NCBI RefSeq assembly: GCF_006345805.1
Contig: NC_043006.1
Location: 75,268,001-75,332,000, forward strand
Direction of reading: 5' to 3'
DNA from: Octopus sinensis
Lineage: Eukaryota
DNA: 64,000 nucleotides
Both the position numbers and the translations under genes were made by a program. This document shows positions 1-12,034 of the stretch, one piece after another. Every line of letters begins with the position of its first letter. The first letter of the stretch is position 1. Below the pieces are notes generated by a model. That model was not told where the DNA came from and did not search any database. It saw only the letters and a program-made list of their open reading frames with translations.

Positions 1-99
1 TGCTTGCTTGCACGCATACATATATAAGTAGGGAACATGAGTGTTTCTGAAGAATTAATGTGTGCCTGCATATTTTAGTGTACATATTTATGTACCTGG

Positions 100-111
100 G
101 TGTTTGTCTGC

Positions 112-165
<54 letters not shown>

Positions 166-186
166 GTCTATCTATCTATCTATCTA

Positions 187-219
<33 letters not shown>

Positions 220-287
220 ATGTCTGTCTGTCTGTCTGTGTGTCTGTGTGCCTGCCTGCCTGTGTACCTGCCTGCCTGCCTGCCTGC

Positions 288-326
<39 letters not shown>

Positions 327-990
327 TCTATCTGTCTATTTTCCTCTCTCTCTCTCTCTCTCTGTATATATAAAATAGAGATATCTATATATGTTCCTGT
401 TGTGTGCCTTGCACACACACACACACACACACACGCACGCACACACACATATATACACACACACACATACACATATACACACACGCATGCACACGCACAC
501 ATAATCACTCACATACACACACACTCAAATATTCACACATAGATGTATCACTGAAATAGAATATTGATTCCCAACTGAGCGTGCTCTATATGCCTCACTG
601 CTGCAGTAGAGCAAGGCCATCAAATATAACTAATTCGACAGACACACTCGTATGTGTCTGTGTGTCTGAATACATACATACATACATCATACATACATAC
701 ATACATACATACATACATACATACATACATACACACACACATACATACATACATACATGCATACACACATACATACGTACATACATACATACATACATAC
801 ATACATACATGCATACACACACATACATACATACATACATACATACATACATACATACATACATACATACATACATACATACATACATACATACATGCAT
901 ACATACATACATACATGCATGCATACATACATACATACATACATACATGCACACACACATGCACACACACATACACACACACACACACAT
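100..990. repeat. Compound microsatellite block (TCTA, TCTG, CCTG, CA, TACA)
   Basis: Tandem 2-4-nt repeats read directly; these produce the IYLS/HT/YIHT/VCMY ORFs. Confidence 0.97.
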
Positions 991-992
991 AT

Positions 993-1295
993 TCAGGGGG
1001 CGGTGAATAAAATGTCGTCTAAATTACGCGAAAATTAATATAATACTGACATCTTATTTTAGCGGATATATTTACCAAAATTACATAATGATATCTTGAA
1101 ACACTAAAGAGTAGATTTATTCCATAAAATCGCCATTGGCTTCAACCACGGTCGCCAGAGAATTTTGGAATCTCCTGCAACTCTTCTGGACGGTCTTCTT
1201 GTTGAAGTTGGTGAATGCTGCCATAATCCTTGCCTTCAGTTTATCTTTGGTGTTACAAGGAGTTTTGTTGGTCTCTCGCTCAAATGCACCCCACA
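993..1295 (-). mobile_element. Tc1/mariner transposon 3' fragment
   Basis: 1295-1117 translates WGAFERETNKTPCNTKDKLKARIMAAFTNFNKKTVQKSCRRFQNSLATVVEANGDFME*, a typical Tc1/mariner C-terminus. A CAGGG-type terminus lies near 993. Confidence 0.8.
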
Positions 1296-1664
1296 AAAGA
1301 GACCGATAGAATAAGTACTAGGCTTACAAAGAATAAGTCCTGGGGTCGATTTGCATGACTAAAGGCGATGCTCCAGCATGGCCATAGTCAAATAAAATAA
1401 AAGAAAAGAAAAAGAAAAGGTAAAGTAAGATAAAATTACCTTCTCGAATCATCCCGACTCATTACAGCCCGGTTTCCCGGTTTCATTGCGTATATATTCT
1501 CCACCTGGACGGGACACCGGTCTGTAGCGTGGCTACTCATTGTCGTCAGCTGAGTGGACTGGAGCAACATGAAATGAAGTCTTTTGCTCAAGAACACAAC
1601 GCGTCGCCCGTTCCAAGAATCGAAACCACAATCTTGCGATCATGATGCTGACACTCTAACCACT

Positions 1665-2056
1665 GTGTGGAAGCACTCCGTCGGTTACGACGATGAGGGT
1701 TCCGGTTGATCCGAATCAACGGAACAGCCTGCTCGTGAAATTAACGTGTAAATGGCTGAGTACTCCACAGACACGTGTACCCTTAACGTAGTTCTCGGGG
1801 ATATTCAGCGTGACACAGAGAGTGACAAGGCCAGCCCCTTGAAATACAGGTACAACAGAAACAGGAAGTAAGAGTGAGAGCAAGTTGTGGTGAAAGAGTA
1901 CAGCAGGGATCACCACCATCCCCAGCCGGAGCCTCGTGGAGCTTTTAGGTGTTTTCGCTCAATAAACATTCACAACGCCCGGTCTGGGAATCGAAACCGC
2001 GATCCTATAACCGCGAGTCCGCTGCCCTAACCACTGGGCAATTGCGCCTCCACATG
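1665..2056 (-). mobile_element. Full-length tRNA-derived SINE (family 3, ~390 bp) nested in another SINE
   Basis: Head GGAGGCGCAAT with A/B boxes; 11-bp TSD CTCTAACCACT at 1654-1664 and 2057-2067; near-identical copies at 13016-13396 and 49156-49543. Confidence 0.9.
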
Positions 2057-2269
2057 CTCTAACCACTAAGCCACGCACTTCCACTTGTGAATTTAAGTGG
2101 CGTTGGTGGAATTTTCTTACCCCCATCTGTATTCTTAACTTGGTTCTAACAGCATCAGTCTTTTGCTAGATATATTTTCAATCGCATCATTCTCTTCAAA
2201 TCCTTTATCATTTGCTTCCTTACCAACCACATCATTTTTTGGGTTCAGTGCCACGCAGTGGCACCTTGT

Positions 2270-2657
2270 GTGGACGTTATCAAAGAAGCTTGAGAGGCGG
2301 TTGGATGGAACCTACACTCGCCTCCTTATGAGAGCTCAAAATCTCTCGTGGAGGCGCCATCCAACTAAAATGCAAATATATGGGAAATTACCACCTGTGT
2401 CATCTCTTGTGAAAGGTAGGAGAGTCCAGTTTGCTGGACATTGTTGTAGAGCTGAAAAGAAGTAATTTCTACTCTTCTCCTCTGGAAGCCATCTACTCGC
2501 AACACCAGAGGGCGCACACTCTCCTACCCTGATGTAATCTCCAGGGATACAGGCATCCAGCAACAGGACCTCCGTAATGCTATGATGGACCGTGAAGTCT
2601 GGCGCAACATGGTAAATTCCATTGTCTCGACCACCGGTCGAACAATGATGATGATGA
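2270..2657 (+). mobile_element. 5'-truncated RTE/RTEX-like LINE
   Basis: Translates LERRLDGTYTRLLMRAQNLSWRRHPTK...RRVQFAGHCCR; (TGA)n tail; 11-bp TSD TGGCACCTTGT at 2259-2269 and 2658-2668, inside a CORE-like SINE. Confidence 0.8.
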
Positions 2658-2747
2658 TGGCACCTTGTCTTCTACTATAGCCACGGGCCGACCAACTGCT
2701 TTGTGAGTGGATTTGGTAGACGGAAACTGAAAGGAGACTGTCATATA

Positions 2748-2780
<33 letters not shown>

Positions 2781-3066
2781 ATGTGTGTATGTTTGTGTGT
2801 CTGTGTTTGTCACCCCACCATCGCTTGACAACCAATGCTGGTGTGTTTACGTCCCCACCCCCGTAACTTAGCGGTTCGGCGAAAGAGACCGTTAGGCTTA
2901 CAAAAGACTAAGTCCTGGGGTCGATTCGTTCGGCCAAAGGCGGTACTGCAGCATGGCCACAGTCAAATGACTGAAACAAATAAAAGTATAACTGCTAGGC
3001 AATTCTCACCCTCGGGGCTTTTACTGCGCGCTCTGAGCCATAAAAACTACACTACACGCACACGCG

Positions 3067-3190
<124 letters not shown>

Positions 3191-3627
3191 CTGTCTCACC
3201 CCTTCCCCCAACGTCGTGGTTATAGGTTTTCAAATTGTCCACTATTTTGATATTCCGAGAAGGGGCCTTTTTTTGGCTTAAGAGAGATGTGTAGCTTTTA
3301 AATTCTCAAGATTTATTCGAGTTTCAGTAGAGGCGAAATTAAAAGACTGAACCATGAAATCAGCGGCCATGCTTTACAATTTCCGTAAGCATGATACACC
3401 GTAACCTAAGGCAAACGTAACGCAGGAATGCTTGTATACTTGTGTATATGTGCGTGTGTGTCTATAATGTATGTGTATGTTTGAAGAAATATAAAAAAGT
3501 ATGTATATTCATATACATATATATAAATATGTATATTCATATACGTATATATAATTATGTGTATTCATATGTATAAATATGTATATAAATATGTATATTC
3601 ATATACGTCTGTCTGTTTTATATATCG

Positions 3628-3710
<83 letters not shown>

Positions 3711-4218
3711 TATCTATATATATATATACTAAGTAATTAAGGGTTTAGCAACGATTTGCCTCACCACACACCGAATTTAGAAATAGCAGTCAAAAAGTTT
3801 TGGCTATTCTTTCTACTTATATATATGCATGTGTATATGTGCGTGGCTTTGTGTATAGATTTGACATAAATATCATTCCTTTTTCATCTCATTCATTCAC
3901 TGTGACTTACAGACACTGTCCCACAAAGCTGGAATATGTAGAACTTTCAATAGAGAAACGATATTCTGTTTCCACATATAGACATTCATGAAAAATGTAC
4001 GGTCGACCAATGGGGCAATCGACCGAAACCACAGTTTAGGTGCATCATCCTTGCATATTTCACATAAATTAACCTATATAATACAGCTCTACACACCTGC
4101 GACGTAAAGTTGTATTGAGCACTTGCAGGTTTCTCTATTACAATGGAAAAAAATTCCATCCGTCAGTTTTTTTCTCTTTATAGATATGTATGTATGTATT
4201 TGTGTGTGTGTGTGTGTG

Positions 4219-4249
<31 letters not shown>

Positions 4250-4433
4250 CATATATATATAAAGACCGTGCTCCAGATTGGCTGCTGTCAAATGTCTGCA
4301 ACAAATAATTATATATATATATATATATATATACATATATACATATATATATATATGTATGTATGTATATATATGTATATATATAGGTGTGTGTGTGTGT
4401 GTGTACACCCCACACACATCATACATACATACA

Positions 4434-4465
<32 letters not shown>

Positions 4466-4572
4466 CTATAAAGAGAAGAAACTGATGGCTGGAATTTGTT
4501 TCCGTTGTAATACAGAAACCTGCAATTTTTTTTCTCCTCCGTCTTCCCTTCCTTGGATCTTTCTTTTCCTAT

Positions 4573-4607
4573 GTTTCTGACGAAGAGCTCCGCTCGAAAC
4601 GTTAAAT
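4573..4607 (+). ncRNA. Minimal type I hammerhead ribozyme motif (Penelope-like element end), copy 1
   Basis: GTTT-CTGACGA-A-GAGC-TCC-GCTC-GAAA-CGTT-AAAT: core CUGANGA and GAAA, 4-bp stem II, palindromic ACGU stem III, short stem I. Confidence 0.75.
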
Positions 4608-4723
4608 CCACCTTCTTTCTTTCCTTTCCTGAGCGTCCAATAACACTATGCTTGTTCCACGTCCTCGCGTTGTTGTGTTTTCTCTTTGTGTTTTCATGTT
4701 CGGATTAACTTTACATATATATA

Positions 4724-4769
<46 letters not shown>

Positions 4770-5349
4770 CTAAGTAATTAAGGGTTTAGCAACGATTTGC
4801 CTCACCACACACCGAATTTAGAAATAGCAGTCAAAAAGTTTTGGCTATTCTTTCTACTTATATATATGCATGTGTATATGTGCGTGGCTTTGTGTATAGA
4901 TTTGACATAAATATCATTCCTTTTTCATCTCATTCATTCACTGTGACTTACAGACACTGTCCCACAAAGCTGGAATATGTAGAACTTTCAATAGAGAAAC
5001 GATATTCTGTTTCCACATATAGACATTCATGAAAAATGTACGGTCGACCAATGGGGCAATCGACCGAAACCACCACAGTTTAGGTGCATCATCCTTGCAT
5101 ATTTCACATAAATTAACCTATATAATACAGCTCTACACACCTGCGACGTAAAGTTGTATTGAGCACTTGCAGTTTTCTCTATTACAATGGAAAAAAATTC
5201 CATCCGTCAGTTTTTTTCTCTTTATAGATATGTATGTATGTATTTGTGTGTGTGTGTGTGTGGTGTGTGTGTGTGTGTGTGTGTATACATATATATATAT
5301 AAAGACCGTGCTCCAGATTGGCTGCTGTCAAATGTCTGCAACAAATAAT

Positions 5350-5381
<32 letters not shown>

Positions 5382-5477
5382 TACATATATATATATATGT
5401 ATGTATGTATATATATGTATATATATAGGTGTGTGTGTGTGTGTGTGTACACCCCACACACATCATACATACATACA

Positions 5478-5508
<31 letters not shown>

Positions 5509-5617
5509 CTATAAAGAGAAGAAACTGATGGCTGGAATTTGTTTCCGTTGTAATACAGAAACCTGCAATTTTTTTTTCTCCTCCGTCTTCCCTTCCTTGG
5601 ATCTTTCCTTTTCCTAT

Positions 5618-5652
5618 GTTTCTGACGAAGAGCTCCGCTCGAAACGTTAAAT
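5618..5652 (+). ncRNA. Minimal type I hammerhead ribozyme motif, copy 2
   Basis: Identical to 4573-4607, 1045 nt downstream. Confidence 0.75.
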
Positions 5653-5943
5653 CCACCTTCTTTCTTTCCTTTCCTGAGCGTCCAATAACACTATGCTTGT
5701 TCCACGTCCTCGCGTTGTTGTGTTTTCTCTTTGTGTTTTCATGTTCGGATTAACTTTACATATATATATATATATATATACACTTTATTATAAATGCAAA
5801 ACAATATCACACACTCGCCTCCCGAGCTTCGTTTTCCATGCAGTATGTGTGATTCTTTGTTTACTCATCTACGGTACACAACGTATTTTCTTTTGATATA
5901 TTTCAATTAACGTGTTACATAGTGCAGTACTGTACTTTATTTG

Positions 5944-6520
5944 AAGGCGGCGACCTGGCCGAAAAGTTAGCAAGCCGGGCGAAATGCGTTGCCGTATTTC
6001 GTCTGCCGTTACGTTCTGAGTTCAAATACCGCCGAGGTCGGCTTTGCCTTTCATCCTTTCGGGGCGATTAAATAAGTACCAGTTACGCAATGGGGTCGAT
6101 ATAATCGACTTAACCCGTTTGTCTGTCCTTGTTTGTCCTCTCTGTGTGTAGCCCCTTGTGCGTAGTAAAGAAATAGGTATTTTGTCTGCCGCTACGTTCT
6201 GAGTTCAAATTCCGCCAAGGTCGACTTTGCCTTTCATCCTTTCGGGATCGATTAAATAAGTACCAGTTACGCAATGGGGTCGATATAATCGACTTAACCC
6301 GTTTGTCTGTTCTTTTTTGTCCTCTCTGTGTTTAGTCCCTTGTGGGTAGTAAAGAAATAGGTATTTCGTCTGTCTTTACCTTCTGAGTTCAAATTCCTCT
6401 GGGGTCAACATTGCCTTTGATCCTTTCGGGGTCGATAAATTAAGTACCAGTTGCGTACTCGAGTCGATCTAATCGACTGACCCCCCTCCCACAAAATTTC
6501 GGGCTTGTGCCTACAGTAGT
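5944..6520 (+). mobile_element. Family 1 tRNA-derived SINE, internally multimerised (two ~183-bp units plus terminal unit)
   Basis: Head AAGGCGGCGA; B box GAGTTCAAAT; central GCCTTTCATCCTTTCGGGGTCGA...AAGTACCAG domain (Meta/Sauria-SINE-like); junctions AAAGAAATAG|GTATTT at 6176/6177 and 6360/6361. Confidence 0.85.
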
Positions 6521-6599
6521 AAAAAAAATGTACTGTTCTTTCTTTTTATTAATTAATTAATTTATTTTTAAGTGTGAAAATGCTTATTTTAGCACAGAA

Positions 6600-6760
6600 A
6601 TAATTAAAATCTAAAAAAGACATATAGATATTTATCAACCGCAGAAAACCGCGATATACTGAAAAGTCCACGTTATAAATTTACATATATTAACCAGAAA
6701 AATCCGCGATGTACTGACTGCGCGATAGGTGAACCGCGATATGGCGAAGGATTACTGTAG
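6600..6760. mobile_element. Probable Tc1/pogo-type MITE right end
   Basis: Repeated CCGCGAT motifs, ending GAACCGCGATATGGCGAAGGATTACTG-TA; left end not identified. Confidence 0.45.
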
Positions 6761-7447
6761 ATAGGTGTATGTACGGGCGCATGTGCTCGTGCGTGTAAAA
6801 TGTTAGCACTGTGTCTACTAATTTCTAGGTGGAGGTAAGTTTGGTCGATGCCATTGCATCAATACTTAGATTGGCAGAAGTGTTAGAGCGTTCAAATACC
6901 ACCATCTTTCATAATTTTGGGTGGGATAAAATACCTTCCCAATTAACAAATAAACGGTGAGTTGACATAACCGATATGGCCCCCCCCCCCCCACGGTTCG
7001 AAATTGCTAGCCTTGAGCGAAAATTTAGTAAAGAACTATTGTTATTTTTGGTGGGGTAGCGAAAAGGTAGAATCGTCAACACGCCGGACAGAATGCATAA
7101 CAGCATTTCGTCCGTTTTTAAGTTCAAAGTTCAAATTCCGCTGACTTTGACTTCTACCTATCAAGTACCGGGGGGCGTTGAAATCGATTAGTCCTTGCTC
7201 CAAAACTTCAGGCCTTGTACCTGTATTGAAAAAGACCCTCCCCTCCTCCTCCTCCTTCTTCTTCTTCTTCTTTTCTTCTTTAAGGCGGCGAGCTAGCATA
7301 ATCGTTATGAGTTCAAATTCCGCCGATGTCGACTTCGCCTTCATCCTTTCGGGGTCGAAAAATTAAGTACCAGTGAAACGCTGGCGTCGATGTAATCGAC
7401 TGAATCACTCCCCCAAATTTGAGGCCTTGTGCTTCCAGTAGAAGGAA

Positions 7448-7497
<50 letters not shown>

Positions 7498-7849
7498 TAT
7501 GTTGAAATTTTGTTGACTGACACGGATGCAAGTGTCTCAGGTTTACTAGAGCAAGGTGAATAAGACTTTGCCAATCTTCGTACACTTCTCTGACTTATGA
7601 ACCGTTTCGACACCAGCTATCCAGCCTCTCGAAACGGCAAACATTTGCTATCTATTTTGAAGTGTGTATAAGTTAATCCTTTGACTGTCCAAATCATTTT
7701 CCCGAGTTTGTCCTGAACGTTCTGAGTGATATAAAGCTTTTCTCTGGTAAATTAAATTATAAAAAAGAAAGGCAAAGGTGGCGAATGTGTATCATAATTT
7801 GATGCATGGATTCAACAGAATTATGCCCTGTATATCACGTGATACACAT

Positions 7850-7921
7850 GATGTATGTATGCATGTTTGTATGCATGTTTGTATGTATGCATGTATGTAT
7901 GTATGTATGTTTGTATGTATG

Positions 7922-7970
<49 letters not shown>

Positions 7971-8063
7971 GCATGTATGTATGTATGTATGTATGTAAGC
8001 ATGTTTGTATGTATGTATGTATGCATGTATGTATGTATGTATGTATGTTTGTATGTATGTATG

Positions 8064-8094
<31 letters not shown>

Positions 8095-8252
8095 GCATGT
8101 ATGTATGTATGTATGTAAGCATGTTTGTATGTATGTATGTATGCATGTTTGTATGTATGCATGTATGTATGTATGCATGTTTGTATGTATGCATGTATTT
8201 ATGTATGCATGTTTGTATGTATGTAAGCATCTATCTATCATCTATCTATCTA

Positions 8253-8295
<43 letters not shown>

Positions 8296-8307
8296 TTCTA
8301 TCTTCCT

Positions 8308-8361
<54 letters not shown>

Positions 8362-8647
8362 AGTGGCTTCTCCACAGTTATCGAGTCCCAAATTCAATCA
8401 CAGGTCATTGGTCGGGCCTTATCTATAGTAGAAGATACCGAAGGAGCCGCGCTGTGTCATTGAACTCAAAGCCACGCGATTGTAAACCGAACTTCTTAAG
8501 CCTGAGTCCTGAAGTAAAAATGGAAGAAAAGAAAATTTCGACTGACGTCTATCGTCAGCTATGATTTAATTAGCTATATATAATATATCTCATTAGATGA
8601 TGTAATTATGAAACCATGTTTGTTTACGCATAGCTTATCAGCAATTA

Positions 8648-8694
<47 letters not shown>

Positions 8695-8897
8695 GAAAGA
8701 GAGAGAGAGATTGATTGCGAGCGTGCGCCGATGATTTTCATAACGTGCTCGGTCACGCATGCTTAATATAAGCAATCTGTTTTTCGGTCTGCCAGGTCAA
8801 ACGAGTGTTCGCGCGCGAGCGAGCGTATGTTTGCAAGTGTAAAACAATAAATGCATGTATGTATGTATATATACACATACACACATGTATATGTATG

Positions 8898-8960
<63 letters not shown>

Positions 8961-8996
8961 AGTAGATAGATAGATAGATAGTATGTATATGTTATG

Positions 8997-9027
<31 letters not shown>

Positions 9028-9063
9028 TATATATATAGATAGATAGTATGTATATGTATGTAA

Positions 9064-9132
<69 letters not shown>

Positions 9133-9210
9133 TATATAGATAGATAGATAGATAGATAGATAGTATGTATATATATGTGTTTGTGTGTATATATATATTA
9201 TATATATGTG
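7850..9210. repeat. Microsatellite cluster (GTAT, TCTA/TCTG, CA, GA, TA, TAGA)
   Basis: Tandem repeats seen directly, with short unique spacers. Confidence 0.95.
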
Positions 9211-9487
9211 TCTGGGATGAGTCAGTCTCTTCTAGTACCTTGTTACTTAGCACACTTACCGGTTCGATTTCCAATCATTTACTTATTTATTTTTTTCTAA
9301 AACTTTCGTTGCGTCTTGCAACTCTCCCCGGGCACAATGAAATATGCTTCAACACACGAATTCCCATAAAGACTCTTGCAAACCAAATACAAAAGCGAAA
9401 TATACATACATACATACATATAGTATTTGTATATGGCCAACACGCCCTATATATATATCGTTTTTGTATAGGGCTAACAAACCTTAC

Positions 9488-9714
9488 CTAGAGAAAAAAA
9501 AGGTCATCCTATAGAAGAATCGACGACAATTCAAAAACAAGAATCGGGGTAGTTTCACTAAAAAACACTTGAGCACAGGGGTCTAGGCAATCGATTTAGC
9601 CCCTCGGTAAATCGATTACATCGTCCCCTGTGCTCTAGTGGTTCTTAGTGAATCGGCCCCGATCCTTGTTTTTGAATCATCGCTTCTTCTATAGCTTCGC
9701 TTCTTTTTCTCTAG
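9488..9714. other. 227-nt imperfect inverted repeat (rod-like hairpin)
   Basis: Five paired arms of 15, 11, 21, 8 and 16 bp plus a 10-bp apical stem, closing the loop at 9599-9607. Confidence 0.85.
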
Positions 9715-9869
9715 ATCGGCGTATCGGCCCTATGTAAGCCCATTTTTACCCCAGGGACGAGATGGTCTGACCTCTATCCTATGACCTGTCCAGCGCAGGC
9801 AGGCCCCCTACTAGAATCTTTCTTTCTGCTGGCAGATAGGTTTCAGGGTCATTGTGATATACAAGTCGC

Positions 9870-9903
<34 letters not shown>

Positions 9904-11571
9904 CCGCCTTAGGTCATGAATGGCCATGGGATTGCATCTCGAAAGTTATCCCCCGAGTTATAAGTATAGGCAGGGCTGTTTATGGAAGACCAGTAGTCGT
10001 CCATGTATACCGGCCTCCCGTCTCCACGCCACCGATGTCATCCAGGGGAAAGGCAAAGGGGCCGATACAGCCTGGCACCAGTGACATCCCAACTCGTTTC
10101 TACAGCTGAGTGAACTGGAGCAACGTGAAATAAAGTCCTACTGAAGGGCACAGCACACAGGCCGGTCCGGGAATCGAACTCACTACATCATGATTGTGTG
10201 CTCGACGCTCTAACCACTAAGCTATGCAGCTTAAAGATAAAATGACAAGCAGTATTGTAAGAACACGTAACACCGTACGGTTAGATAAGCACACTAGTGA
10301 CTGGGTCTCCGTCGGTTGCGACAATGAGAACTCCTGTTGGTCCGATCAGCAGAACAGCCTGCTCGTGAAATTAAAGTGCAAGTGGTTGAACACTCCACAG
10401 ACACGCGTACCCTTCATGTAGTTCTCACGGAGATTCAGCGTGACACAGGATGTGACAAGGCTGGCGCATTGGATTACACGTATTACTCATTTATACCAGC
10501 TCAATAAACTGGAGCAACGTGGAATTAAAAGTCTTGCTCAAGGACACAACGGGCCGCCGGATATCGATCTCACGAGCCCAAAACCCTAACCAGTAAGCCA
10601 CGCGCCTTCGTTAAAAATCACCAGTAACATACTATGTAGGAGAAGTATGACCGAACTGTTTAGAAGCTCGCTTCGGAATCATGAGATCCCAGGCTTGATC
10701 TCGTTGCATGCTATCTAGGACTTGTGTCCTTTTCTACTAGAGTCTCGTATCCAAACTACCCTTATCTTGTTAGTTAACTTGGGTAAAAGGAAATTGTTTA
10801 GAAGTTTTGTCACACTGCATGACATTGATTGCGTGTGAAAGGGTAAAGGTGGTGAGAGAGCAGAACTGTTAGAACGCTGGAAAAATGATCTGCTGTATTT
10901 AATCTTTATATTCGGAGTTCGAATCCTGCTGAAGTCGACTTAACGTTTCTTTCATCCTTTCGAAGTTCAAAAAACATAAATTACCCGTCGAGTATTGAGC
11001 TCGTTGTATAATCGATCTATCATTTCCCTCAAAATCGATCGCTAGCCTAGTGCTTGAATTAGAAAGAATTACATTAAGGGTACATTTGTCTATGGAATAC
11101 TCAGCCACTTACACGTTAATTCAATGAGCTAGGTCGTTTATTTGATCGAATAACGGAAAATTAACAATCGGAAATTCTGACCGAGATCCATATAGCTACC
11201 AGAATAGCAAGACACAGTGCAAGGGAATTAACTCTAGCAGTGGCCTATTTTTTCCTGTTAGCATGCTCTCCCTTGTTACATAATTGTCGTGACCTTAATC
11301 GGTTTCATCATGCAATTATGGAATTTATCGCTTTCATCACTATTTCCTCGTTAATCCTCTTTCACATTCATAATTACTTCTGTCTTCGCTCTCTTGCCAT
11401 TTTCTTTAAATATAATATTGCACGTGATCAGCGTCTAATCTGCTTTGATGAAACGAATATGTCACTTATCCACGGTTTTATATTAAAAGAAGTCAATGTT
11501 TTGATTTTATAACAATTTTTATTTTTTTCTTCGTAACGCTATTTTTAGGTGCATAGATATGCACTTTTGTT

Positions 11572-11617
<46 letters not shown>

Positions 11618-11636
11618 GGAAGTTTGTCTTTATGAT

Positions 11637-12034
11637 TCACTAGCAGTATCGCCCGGCGTTGCTCGGGTTTGTAAGAGAAATAACTATATAAACATTTTTA
11701 GAGAGTTATAGCAAAAAAATAGCAAAAAAATGCATTAAAAATGGAAAATAAATCATGGTTAATTTTTTTTTAAATCGTTGACTCATCGTAGACATTTTTA
11801 GAGAGTTACTTCCCTTATATAATAGCGAAAATATGCATTAAAATGGAAAAAATGATGGTAAATTTTTTTAAAAACCGTAGACTCATTGTAGACGCGCGCT
11901 AATACCCAGAAGGGCTCGATATGAATCACGACTATAAGATACCCGCTTTTTGTTACACTGCACCGAAAAATGTGGTAGTTAGGAATCTAAATCGTAGGAG
12001 ACAGGCACACAACCTCACTTTTATATATAAAGAT
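11637..12034 (+). mobile_element. Non-autonomous Helitron/Helentron-like element
   Basis: 5' ACTAGCAGTATCGCCCGGCGTTGCTCGGG hairpin-type start; internal tandem segments; 3' CTTTTATATATAAAGAT end. Confidence 0.6.

Larger units (their letters stand above)
3727..5780 (+). repeat. Tandem duplication, two ~1041-bp units bounded by (TA)n
   Basis: Units begin TACTAAGTAATTAAGGG at 3727 and 4768. They differ only by a few small indels/substitutions and microsatellite lengths. Confidence 0.95.

Noticed and set aside
60-1038. Overlapping ORFs of 60-160 aa (also around 4100-5650, 7780-9270, 24230-26300, 28050-28690)
   Set aside because: Translations of stop-free microsatellites, open in several frames on both strands.
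6177-6360. SINE unit as a circularised GT...AG intron
   Set aside because: The AG end is purine-rich with no branch point or pyrimidine tract, and a variant junction exists; microhomology explains it better.
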